From Candidatus Saccharimonadota bacterium (GTDB lineage Bacteria; Patescibacteriota; Saccharimonadia; Saccharimonadales; UBA10212): a stretch of 64,000 nt of DNA. A program made the translations under genes and the position numbers. The stretch covers positions 102,931-166,930 of the forward strand of contig JACPKF010000001.1 of assembly GCA_016187125.1 (NCBI GenBank). Direction: 5' to 3'. Under the pieces are notes generated by a model. It was not told where the DNA came from and ran no database searches. It worked only from the letters and a program-made list of their open reading frames with translations. Below, piece by piece: positions 1-8,098 of the stretch. Within the stretch, counting starts at the first letter, position 1. Every line of letters begins with the position of its first letter.

Positions 1-2301
1 CTGGTTAAGCTAAACCAGGACTGGACCCAGGAGCGCACCGTGGGACGCAAAATCAAAGAGATCATTTTGGCGGTCGAACTTGAACGCAGCTTTACTAAGG
101 ACGAAATTCTAACTGGCTATCTCAATACCGCTCCTTATGGTAGTGTTGATTATGGTGTCCAGACAGCTGCTGCTGATTATTTTCAAAAATCGGCTAAGGA
201 CTTAACCCTAGCTGAGGCCGCCATGCTAGCCGCCATTCCAAAGTCACCAGCTATTTATTCGCCTTACAGTCCAGACTTTGACAGAGAAGCCTTCATCGGC
301 CGCCAGCACTACGTGATAGATAGCCTGCTACAGGCTCATAAAATAACTAAGGCCCAAGCCGATGAATCAAAAAAAGTAGACGTTTTGGCTGAAATTCATC
401 CTCAACAAACTAAATATGCTGGTATCCGATTCCCCTATTTCGTACTGGCAGCCAGAGATGAAATTAAGAACAAATTTGTACCTAGCGGGGGTAGTAAATC
501 GACCAAAATCGGCGGCTGGAAAGTAACAACTACTTTAGATGTAGACTTGCAGAATATCGCCGAGGAAAAAATTCGTAAGAATCTAGCCAATGTCCAGCGC
601 TACGGAGCCGATGAGCAAGCTTTAGTGGCTGAGGAGGTTAAGACTGGCCAAGTGGTAGCCTTGGTTGGCGGAGTAGACTTTAATAACCCTGATCATGGAC
701 AGCTCAACTATGCACACAGTGTTAAAATTGCTCCCGGTTCCAGCTTCAAGCCATATGACTATGCTTCACTGATAGAAAATACCACAAACAGTGGTGCTGG
801 TTCAGTCTTGTATGATATCCGACAGCCTTTGCCAGGGTATCCGTGTACCAATAAAGCTAACCCTAGAAACGGGGGTAACTGTTTAGAAGATTATGATTTC
901 AGATCACCGGGACCCTTAACTATCCGTTACGCGCTAGGTGGCTCCAGGAACATACCGGCAGTCAAGGCTATGCTGATTGCTGGCGTTGATAAGACTATCG
1001 ACTTGGCAGATTCTATGATGGCCGCTCCTGATGCTTATAATTGCTATAGCGATACCGCTTCAACCCAAAAAACTCAGTGCTACGGTGCGGCAGCCATCGG
1101 CGACGGCGCCTATTTGCACCTGGATCAGCACGTCAATGGTGTAGCTACTTTTGCGCGGATGGGACAAGCCATACCATCAACCTACATTTTAAGAATTCAG
1201 GATGCTGTCGGTAAACCAATTTATGAATGGAAGCAACCAAAAGCTACACAAGTAATCCGAGCCGAGACAGCCTATATCGTCAATAATATGGCATCCGACC
1301 CTAATGCTAGCTATTTGCCGGCTGGCTACTACAAATGGCACCGTTATAAAGGTTGGAATAACGCCGTTAAAACCGGTACTACCAACAATAGCTTTGACGG
1401 ATTAATGATGGGTTGGAACACTAAATACGCTGTAGGTAGTTGGGTTGGTTATCATACCCGCGATAAATCTCTTAGCACATTTATGGAGACTTTAACTGCT
1501 CCATTGACCCGCGATTTCATGCTAGCGGCGCTAGATAAATCTAAAGAAAAAGCCATTAATTGGGATGAGCCGGCCGGCATTCAGCACTTGCCGGGATTTA
1601 TCGTCCGAAGCCACGTCGGTATTGGTTCGGTTGAGCCCAGTCCGGCAACAGAAATCTTCCCAAGTTGGTATAGGGCTAGGGGTTCAACAACCCAGAGTTC
1701 GACTATTGATAAAGTATCTAACAAGCTAGCTACTAACTGTACTCCCCCACTAGCTAAACAAACAACGACTGATAATGGTAATTCCGATCAGTTTTCATCC
1801 GATACATTCTATGGCAGCGGTGCCGCAATCACCAACACCAGTCAAAATGATGACGTCCACAGCTGTAGCGATACCCCACCGGGAACTCCAACCGTCACCG
1901 CTAACTCTCCTAGGTGTACCGCTGGTAGTGAATGTTCGTTTACAGTAACTGTCGAACAGGGCACTCACCCTTTTAATGATCCGCAGTACGCCCAATTCCC
2001 GGGCACACTCAACTTTTTAATTGATGGCCAGAACGTCAAATCTGTCAGCATCCCGGATAGTGTCTGTAGCGGCAGCGTCTGCAGTTTGAGCATCACTTAC
2101 ACGCCAACTCCTGATCATCAAGGCAAGACATTGTCCGTGACTGCTAACGCCATCGATAGCGTACTTTTTCAATCAGCTACTTCACCGCCAATATCAGTTC
2201 CTGTCGCAGCAGCTGGTTCTGGCGATAATCCACCGGCGGACGGAACTAGCAACAGTGGCGGTAGCACACTCCCCGAGGTGGACAACAACCAGACTAATTA
2301 G
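1..2301 (+). CDS. Class A penicillin-binding protein (transglycosylase/transpeptidase), 5' end outside window
   Basis: Frame 1 is open from base 1 (LVKLNQDWTQERTVGRKIKE), so the GTG at 40 is internal. GT51 motif RKIKEIILAVELERSFTKDEILTGYLN. Transpeptidase motifs SSFK (SxxK), SRN (SxN) and KTGTT. About 200 aa Cys/Ser/Thr-rich C-terminal tail. Confidence 0.9.
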   Translation: MVKLNQDWTQERTVGRKIKEIILAVELERSFTKDEILTGYLNTAPYGSVDYGVQTAAADYFQKSAKDLTLAEAAMLAAIPKSPAIYSPYSPDFDREAFIGRQHYVIDSLLQAHKITKAQADESKKVDVLAEIHPQQTKYAGIRFPYFVLAARDEIKNKFVPSGGSKSTKIGGWKVTTTLDVDLQNIAEEKIRKNLANVQRYGADEQALVAEEVKTGQVVALVGGVDFNNPDHGQLNYAHSVKIAPGSSFKPYDYASLIENTTNSGAGSVLYDIRQPLPGYPCTNKANPRNGGNCLEDYDFRSPGPLTIRYALGGSRNIPAVKAMLIAGVDKTIDLADSMMAAPDAYNCYSDTASTQKTQCYGAAAIGDGAYLHLDQHVNGVATFARMGQAIPSTYILRIQDAVGKPIYEWKQPKATQVIRAETAYIVNNMASDPNASYLPAGYYKWHRYKGWNNAVKTGTTNNSFDGLMMGWNTKYAVGSWVGYHTRDKSLSTFMETLTAPLTRDFMLAALDKSKEKAINWDEPAGIQHLPGFIVRSHVGIGSVEPSPATEIFPSWYRARGSTTQSSTIDKVSNKLATNCTPPLAKQTTTDNGNSDQFSSDTFYGSGAAITNTSQNDDVHSCSDTPPGTPTVTANSPRCTAGSECSFTVTVEQGTHPFNDPQYAQFPGTLNFLIDGQNVKSVSIPDSVCSGSVCSLSITYTPTPDHQGKTLSVTANAIDSVLFQSATSPPISVPVAAAGSGDNPPADGTSNSGGSTLPEVDNNQTN

Positions 2302-2380
2302 GCCGAGCTAGTCTTTTTTAACCCGCTAGGCGGCAGACCCCGCAGTGAGTCCGCTTGAGGCAGATCTACTAAGAGGCTGA

Positions 2381-3787
2381 TTATCGGACCAAGAACGTGT
2401 TAAGAGCTGTCCGAACATTGGTTACTGACAGCAAATAGCTTGATTTTTCTGCCTTGAGCGAAGTGGTTCGACTACGCTCACCACCATGAGCTTGCCGAAT
2501 GGTCGAAAGGTTGCCCGCACGCACAACCGGACCAATGACTGCCTCAAAGCCGAGTTTCTTGGCTTCGGCCAGCCGTTTTTCTATGTATGGCACATGTCTG
2601 ACTTCGCCTGAGAGTCCGACCTCACCGAACACGACGGCGTTTTTTTTCAGCTGCATGGCTTTGGCCGCACTGGCAATTGCCATGCAAATAGCCAAGTCGG
2701 CGGCCGGCTCTGAAAGACGAATACCACCGACGATATTAACGTAAATATCCTTATCGGCTAATTTGAGCTTAGTCCGCCGCTCCAGGACGGCGATCAATAA
2801 GTTCACTCGATTTAAATCTATGCCGCTAGCTGTTCTTTTAGGATATCCGTAACTAGTCGGATTAACTAAGGCCTGAATCTCAACTAGCAACGGCCGGCTG
2901 CCTTCCATAGTGGCGTGGACTATTGAACCATCGCTGAGCTGCCTCTCGGCCAGCAGAGTTGCAGAAGGGTTTTTAACTGCCTCTAAGCCCTTGTCGCCCA
3001 TTTCGAAAATACCGGCTTCGGTAGTTGCGCCATATCGGTTTTTACTGGCTCTTAAAATTTTAAGCCCGCCGTAGCGGTCGCCTTCTAGTTGCAAAACTAC
3101 ATCAACCACATGCTCTAAAACTTTAGGGCCAGCGATAGAGCCTTCTTTGGTGACATGGCCAATTAAAAACAGAGCTGTATCGGTTGATTTAGCGGCCGCC
3201 GTCAGAAGCTGCGTAGAGTTGGTAATTTGGTTAACGCTGCCGGCGGCAGAGGCGATTTCATTCAGTGCCACGGCTTGAATAGAATCCACTACTGCAATGT
3301 CAAAATCTCCACTGGCAATTGTCGAGCTTATATCATTAGCAACCGTTGAAACAGCCAACTGCAGCGAACCATGATTAGCGCCTAGCCGATCGGCTCGCAG
3401 AGCTATTTGGCGGGCCGATTCTTCGCCGCTGACATAGAGCACTTTATAGGATTTAGCGGCGTTATAGGCGATTTGCAGCAGCAGTGTACTCTTACCGATC
3501 CCCGGCTGTCCGGCCAGTAAATTAACGCTGCCTGGCACTAAACCGCCCCCCAGCACTTCGTCTACGTCGCCAAGGCCAGTCGAGATCCTTGGCTGTTTAG
3601 TAGTTACGGCCTTGGCTACGGATTCAAGCTTTAATTTATGGCCACTAATCGCCGCAGTGGCCGAAGAAACCTCTATTTGTTCCTGAAGGCTGTTCCATTC
3701 CCCGCAAGCCTGGCAGCGGCCTGTCCAGCTGCCGCTGGCCACACCGCAGTTACTACAGACATATCGGATCCCTAGTTTCTTGGCCAC
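2381..3787 (-). CDS. radA: DNA repair protein RadA/Sms
   Basis: N-terminal zinc finger CSNCGVASGSWTGRCQACGEW, Walker A GQPGIGKST, RadA-type KNRYG motif, Lon-like C-terminal domain. GTG start preceded by AGGCGGG. Confidence 0.95.
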   Translation of the reverse strand: MAKKLGIRYVCSNCGVASGSWTGRCQACGEWNSLQEQIEVSSATAAISGHKLKLESVAKAVTTKQPRISTGLGDVDEVLGGGLVPGSVNLLAGQPGIGKSTLLLQIAYNAAKSYKVLYVSGEESARQIALRADRLGANHGSLQLAVSTVANDISSTIASGDFDIAVVDSIQAVALNEIASAAGSVNQITNSTQLLTAAAKSTDTALFLIGHVTKEGSIAGPKVLEHVVDVVLQLEGDRYGGLKILRASKNRYGATTEAGIFEMGDKGLEAVKNPSATLLAERQLSDGSIVHATMEGSRPLLVEIQALVNPTSYGYPKRTASGIDLNRVNLLIAVLERRTKLKLADKDIYVNIVGGIRLSEPAADLAICMAIASAAKAMQLKKNAVVFGEVGLSGEVRHVPYIEKRLAEAKKLGFEAVIGPVVRAGNLSTIRQAHGGERSRTTSLKAEKSSYLLSVTNVRTALNTFLVR

Positions 3788-3822
3788 TTACCCGCCTAAA
3801 CTTTCTTTTAATATTCGATTTC

Positions 3823-3850
3823 ATTATAGCCCGTACACATTTTTATCCAA
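3823..3850 (-). promoter_or_regulatory. Putative sigma70-type promoter of radA
   Basis: Minus strand reads TTGGAT, 16 nt, TATAAT, about 35 nt upstream of the radA GTG. Confidence 0.4.
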
Positions 3851-3898
3851 GTTTCAGTGGGTTTAGAAAGACGGGGAAAGAAAGTTTGTGTGGGTGAA

Positions 3899-4888
3899 TT
3901 AGTCGCTTTCCTTCATTGGTTTAGTGCCGAGACGGGTGTCAATTGAGTCGAACAAAGTACTTAGCTCACCGGCAACTTGGTTATATTGTTCGAGCAAACT
4001 GTTATAGTCAGCAACATCCTTCTTATAACTTCCTACTCTAAAGTTATAGTCGTCTACTTGACTATTAAAACTACTTACAGCTGTATTATATTCATCGATT
4101 TTATTGTCATTACGTAGTGAATCCAAGTGTAGCCGCTCCGATTCGATGCGAGCGGAAAAGCTTTTTAGACTACTCTCCTCATTATCTATCTTCTGCTTAA
4201 GAGTTCCGAGTTGGTTTTCGTAAGAGTGAGCCTTGGCACTGCGGCTGGTAAACTCGCTCTCATATTTTGCGGAGAACGCCGCAATTGCCGCGCGGTCTAT
4301 AAAATACTGCTTGTAGTAATTTTCGAGAGCTGACGGCAAAACGGCAATTTCCGTGCCAAACACAGAGTGCATTTCGTTCTCCACGTCATTTGGCTCGGTC
4401 TTTTTGTAATCGGCGATAGTGTCTTTAATTCGCTGGTCAACTAAACCATGTTTGTAAAAGTCCACTAACAAGGCGTCAATAGTCTGCCTCTGCTTTTTAC
4501 TAAGCCGATCATAGGCGGCGTGTAGCATTTCGTGGGCTGACGTAACTTCTTGAATGCCGCCCAAGCGCATGTCATGGACGTTGTAAATATATATTCCGGC
4601 TTGGTTTGAGTGATAGCAGCCTAAAATAATAGTTTGCTCGCCGAAAGCACACGACGAACGAAATTTTTTAATATCATCCACAAGCTGGGGATGGTTGACG
4701 TAAAAAATGTTCCTGGCTCGATCAGTCATCTTATCAGCCGTTGCCAAAGCCGAGATAGGCGCCGATGGACGATAGTCACGCAGTTGCCACCAATCATAGA
4801 TTGCTTGATGATTAATCCAAGCAACGGCCGGCAACACAATCAGAATTATAGGAATACTAAGTCCAGCGGACTTCTTAAGAAACTTCAT
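3899..4888 (-). CDS. Membrane-anchored hypothetical protein with HExxH motif and C-terminal coiled coil
   Basis: N-terminal TM helix (SAGLSIPIILIVLPAVAW). HEMLH motif with a downstream NEMHS as possible third ligand. Heptad-like C-terminal 120 aa rich in S, E, N and D. No family recognised. Confidence 0.6.
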   Translation of the reverse strand: MKFLKKSAGLSIPIILIVLPAVAWINHQAIYDWWQLRDYRPSAPISALATADKMTDRARNIFYVNHPQLVDDIKKFRSSCAFGEQTIILGCYHSNQAGIYIYNVHDMRLGGIQEVTSAHEMLHAAYDRLSKKQRQTIDALLVDFYKHGLVDQRIKDTIADYKKTEPNDVENEMHSVFGTEIAVLPSALENYYKQYFIDRAAIAAFSAKYESEFTSRSAKAHSYENQLGTLKQKIDNEESSLKSFSARIESERLHLDSLRNDNKIDEYNTAVSSFNSQVDDYNFRVGSYKKDVADYNSLLEQYNQVAGELSTLFDSIDTRLGTKPMKESD

Positions 4889-4950
4889 GCTTTAAAGTAT
4901 AGCAACACCTCCCTAATTTTTTTGAGTGTTACTTATGGCAGACTAAGCCA

Positions 4951-7449
4951 TTATTCGATGGTTGTGGCGTAAGCTAGTTTTGTCTCTTTGCCTTTCAAAG
5001 ACTTCTTGGCGCTAACGGTTACGACATCACCCTTATGGTAACTATCGTCTAAGAGACCGGCAGCGATTGCATCTTCTAGTGTTTCCTGAAGCAGACGCCG
5101 CATTGGCCGGGCACCATTATGGGCATCATAACCTTGCTCCAGAAGATGTGCTTTGGCGGCTTTGTTAACTTCTAAACCAATACCTTTTTTAACAAGACGC
5201 GAACGCAGATCATCTAGCTGCAGATCTAAAATCCTTAAGGCGTCTTTTCTGGTCAGTGCCCGAAAAACTATAACCTTATCGATGCGGTTCAGCAGCTCCG
5301 GCCGCATCATTTTCTTAAGCTCGTCTTGGACTTTGCTTTTATTATCGGCATGCAGCGCTTCAAGGCTATTTAGATCCGTTAGTTTATCAGCGCCAAAACC
5401 GAAACTGGCTTCTTTTTGAAGTTTTTCGGCGCCAATATTGCTAGTCATTATGACGATGGTATTGGTAAAGTCGATCTTACGACCCTTGGCGTCAGATAGC
5501 ACACCATCCTCCAGAATTTGCAAGAGCATATTAAAGACTTCAGGGTGGGCTTTTTCGATCTCGTCAAATAGCACAACACTATATGGTTGGCGGCGAATTT
5601 TATCGGTGAGTTGTCCGCCGTCATCATAGCCGACGTAGCCGGCCGGAGCACCAATTAGTCGAGCGACAGTGTGGTGCTCGCCGAATTCACTCATATCAAT
5701 CTTAACCAGCGTTTCTTCGCTGCCGAAGAATTCACGAGCCAGCACACGCCCCAGTTCGGTTTTACCAACACCAGTCGGGCCAAGGAATATGAATGAACCG
5801 ATGGGACGCTTTTCGCTGGAAATACCGCTGCGGCTACGCCTGACTGCACGAGCTACGGTTTCTACGGCTTCCTGCTGGCCGATAATATATTTACCAAGAT
5901 TTTTTTCTAGGTTGACCAAGTACTTTGCCTCGCTACGAACAACTTTGGTAACCGGAACACCAGTCATTCGGGCGACTGTTTCAGCAACATCCTCAACCGA
6001 GATAACTATCGGTTTGCCGGTTTTATGAGTAGTCTCAATCTGTTTTATTGCTTCAGTAATTTGGCTAGCTTGCTGTTTTTCGCGGGCCGCTTTTTCATAA
6101 TCCTCAGCGTCCACAGCATCATCTATCCTAGTGTTAACTAGCTTCAGTTCTTTTTGCATTTGCCGCAGCTCGGGCGGAGTTTTGCCTTTGTTAACTCTAA
6201 GATAGGCCGATGTTTCATCCAAAAGATCTATAGCTTTATCGGGCATAAAACGATCATTTATGTAGCGCCGGGCAAAAGCCACTGTATCGGCCAGCACCTC
6301 ATCATCGACTTTAACGCCATGAAATTCTTCATAATGCTTGCGCAATCCCTTAAGGATTGCCAGTGTCTCACTAATGGTGGTTTCTGGCACCTGCACTGGC
6401 TGGAAGCGGCGTTCTAAGGCGGCATCCTTTTCTACATAACGGGTGTAATCATCCGTAGTAGTGGCACCAATCATATGGATTTTGCCTCTAGCTAGACTCG
6501 GTTTTAGAATATTGCCGGCATCCATCGAGCCTTCGGCCGCCCCGGCACCAACAATTAGGTGTAGTTCGTCTATAAATATAATAGTGTTTTTGTCGTTTTC
6601 TAGTTCGGTTATAACTTTTTTAAGGCGGTCTTCAAACTCGCCGCGGTATTTAGTGCCGGCGATCATGCCCGCCAGATCAAGTGTCACAATCCGCCGGTCT
6701 AGCAAACTGTCAGGGACCTCTTCGTTAACGATGCGTTGGGCAATGCCCTCGACGATGGCAGTTTTACCGACCCCGGGTTCGCCAATCAAGACTGGGTTGT
6801 TTTTACTGCGCCTATTCAAAATCGTAATGACGCGTTTGATTTGGGCTTCGCGGCCGATTACCGGATCGAGTTTGCCTTGGCGGGCCAGTTCGGTAAGATC
6901 GGTACCAAAAAACTCCAGAGCCGTTTTTTTGCCGTTTTTGCCACGGCGTTTGGTGGTAGCCGAAACTCGGCCGTCTTCTTCATACTGCTGGCGGTTTAAA
7001 AACTGCTCGACTTCAGAGCTTAATCGGTCAATGTCAACGCTCATATCCCGCAGCAAAGTCGTGGCCCGAGCATTTTTCTGACTTAAAATACTGTAAAGGA
7101 CATGCTCGGTGCCACAATAGTCTTGGTTAAATTCCTGAGCGATCTCCCAAGCCATTTTAAGAGTTAGTTTAGCCGTTTCGGACAAGCCTTTGCCGCCCAT
7201 ACTAATAACCAAAGTCTTGGGGGTCAGATTAAGAGCCAGGCGAGCTCGGTCCAAATTGACACCCACACCGTCCAAAATCTTAGCGCCCATTGAACCATCT
7301 TGAGCCAACACGCCCAGCAGTAAATGCTCGGTACCGATATAAGCGCTGCCGGAGGCTCTGGCGATAGCATCGGCATGCCGCAAGCTATGCAGCGCATTGT
7401 TGGTTAAATGGCTCAAAAATTCTTGAAAGTCTGGTGATTGAGGCATCAT
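4951..7449 (-). CDS. clpC: ATP-dependent Clp protease ATP-binding subunit ClpC
   Basis: Two Clp_N repeats. Walker A motifs GEPGVGKT and GPTGVGKT. UVR-like linker (DAEDYEKAAREKQQ). ClpB/C signature throughout. Confidence 0.95.
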   Translation of the reverse strand: MMPQSPDFQEFLSHLTNNALHSLRHADAIARASGSAYIGTEHLLLGVLAQDGSMGAKILDGVGVNLDRARLALNLTPKTLVISMGGKGLSETAKLTLKMAWEIAQEFNQDYCGTEHVLYSILSQKNARATTLLRDMSVDIDRLSSEVEQFLNRQQYEEDGRVSATTKRRGKNGKKTALEFFGTDLTELARQGKLDPVIGREAQIKRVITILNRRSKNNPVLIGEPGVGKTAIVEGIAQRIVNEEVPDSLLDRRIVTLDLAGMIAGTKYRGEFEDRLKKVITELENDKNTIIFIDELHLIVGAGAAEGSMDAGNILKPSLARGKIHMIGATTTDDYTRYVEKDAALERRFQPVQVPETTISETLAILKGLRKHYEEFHGVKVDDEVLADTVAFARRYINDRFMPDKAIDLLDETSAYLRVNKGKTPPELRQMQKELKLVNTRIDDAVDAEDYEKAAREKQQASQITEAIKQIETTHKTGKPIVISVEDVAETVARMTGVPVTKVVRSEAKYLVNLEKNLGKYIIGQQEAVETVARAVRRSRSGISSEKRPIGSFIFLGPTGVGKTELGRVLAREFFGSEETLVKIDMSEFGEHHTVARLIGAPAGYVGYDDGGQLTDKIRRQPYSVVLFDEIEKAHPEVFNMLLQILEDGVLSDAKGRKIDFTNTIVIMTSNIGAEKLQKEASFGFGADKLTDLNSLEALHADNKSKVQDELKKMMRPELLNRIDKVIVFRALTRKDALRILDLQLDDLRSRLVKKGIGLEVNKAAKAHLLEQGYDAHNGARPMRRLLQETLEDAIAAGLLDDSYHKGDVVTVSAKKSLKGKETKLAYATTIE

Positions 7450-7452
7450 GGC

Positions 7453-7540
7453 GGCTTCGCCTTATGAGACAAAACCAGATGGTTTTTTCTCATCGCGCCG
7501 GGTGCGGAATAAATCCGACACTCGGGCTGCTCTTTTTCCT
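7453..7540 (+). repeat. Modular intergenic element R1, copy 1, in the clpC leader and antisense to clpC
   Basis: GCTTCGCCTTATGAGACA, hairpin (gagacaaaacc/ggttttttctc), ATCGCGCCGG, hairpin (gtgcgga ataaa tccgacac), TCGGGCTGC, then a T-rich tail. The 40-nt core is 38/40 identical to 16374-16413. Confidence 0.75.
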
Positions 7541-7620
7541 TTCTTAACAAAAAACTTAAATTTTTTAGCTGTTGGCCTAGGTGCTGTTAGCTGATAGCTA
7601 TCTGCTAACCGCTAAGAGCT

Positions 7621-7660
7621 ATTGTATCACAAGTTGGCACTCACACGTCAAGAGTGCCAA
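7621..7660 (-). promoter_or_regulatory. Putative clpC promoter overlapped by a CIRCE-like inverted repeat
   Basis: TTGGCACTC (7634-7642), N9, GAGTGCCAA (7652-7660), against the CIRCE consensus TTAGCACTC-N9-GAGTGCTAA. On the minus strand TTGACG lies in the spacer, followed by an extended -10 TGaTACAAT (7621-7626). Confidence 0.5.
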
Positions 7661-7671
7661 AAAACACCCCT

Positions 7672-7740
7672 GGTGTTTCAATTTTCAGTCTCCAATTTCC
7701 AATTTCCATTAAATTATCAATGATCCAATAAAAACAATTA
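7672..7740. repeat. AT-rich short-period repeat block related to the gat spacer
   Basis: caattttcagtctccaatttccaatttccattaaattatcaatgatccaat resembles 23620-23680 (cagttttcaattttcaataatttatcattgatcaatt). Confidence 0.5.
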
Positions 7741-7911
7741 CTCTATATCCCGGCCGCGCTTAGCTGCTGCCTCCCAGTCACCTGGAGTCGCAGTAGCGCC
7801 ATATAATTCATCTATTTCCCTAAAGTGCTTTTTTAATTTATAGAAGTGCAAATAGGCAAAAAATATCCGGGTATCTGGTGAGCCCTGATCTTATTTAATT
7901 ACTGTGCGAGT

Positions 7912-8095
7912 CCCTAGTTTTTCCGAGCATCGGAGTCAACCTGAGTAGATGTTGTTTTAAAACAGGCGGCCTTGGGTGCGAGAGCTGTCTGACGAGTAAA
8001 GTTGCTTAAGAGCAAGTTTACGAGGAGTTCTTGAGCAAGCCTGTTTTAGACAACAGATACATCTATGTTGGCGAGGCGGTCGGAAAAAATAGGGC
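7912..8095. ncRNA. Candidate structured RNA: about 185-nt extended imperfect hairpin with 6S-like architecture
   Basis: Closing stem ccctagtttttccga / tcggaaaaaataggg. Middle stem tagatgttgttttaaaacaggc / gcctgttttagacaacagatacatcta. Poorly paired central region. Terminal stem-loop gtaaagttgc-ttaaga-gcaagtttac. Starts right after the nusA stop. Confidence 0.3.
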
Positions 8096-8098
8096 GAG

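Noticed and set aside
2343-2375. Similarity between cagtgagtccgcttgaggcagatctactaagag (after the PBP stop) and cagtagtgagcccgccttgggtggatctactactgag (31805-31841).
   Set aside because: Identity is only about 75% over about 35 nt with indels, there are just two instances, and their contexts differ. This is insufficient to define a repeat family without a genome-wide search.
6461-7081. Long antisense ORFs in the six-frame track. Examples are 6461-7081 + inside clpC, 17983-18483 + inside dnaE, 57751-58206 +, 29981-30361 +, 45191-45797 + and 23171-23575 -.
   Set aside because: They lie entirely within, and opposite or out of frame to, strongly motif-supported genes. They have low-complexity Ser/Arg/Leu-rich translations and no start context. 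They are shadow ORFs.
7741-7905. 22-codon minus-strand mini-ORF (MNYMALLRLQVTGRQQLSAAGI) and a GC-rich hairpin (gcgcttagctgctgcc...gcagtagcgc) between the clpC promoter and the 6S-like hairpin.
   Set aside because: The ORF is too short and featureless to support as a gene. The hairpin has no adjacent T-run and no second copy that I could find. It is left unannotated.
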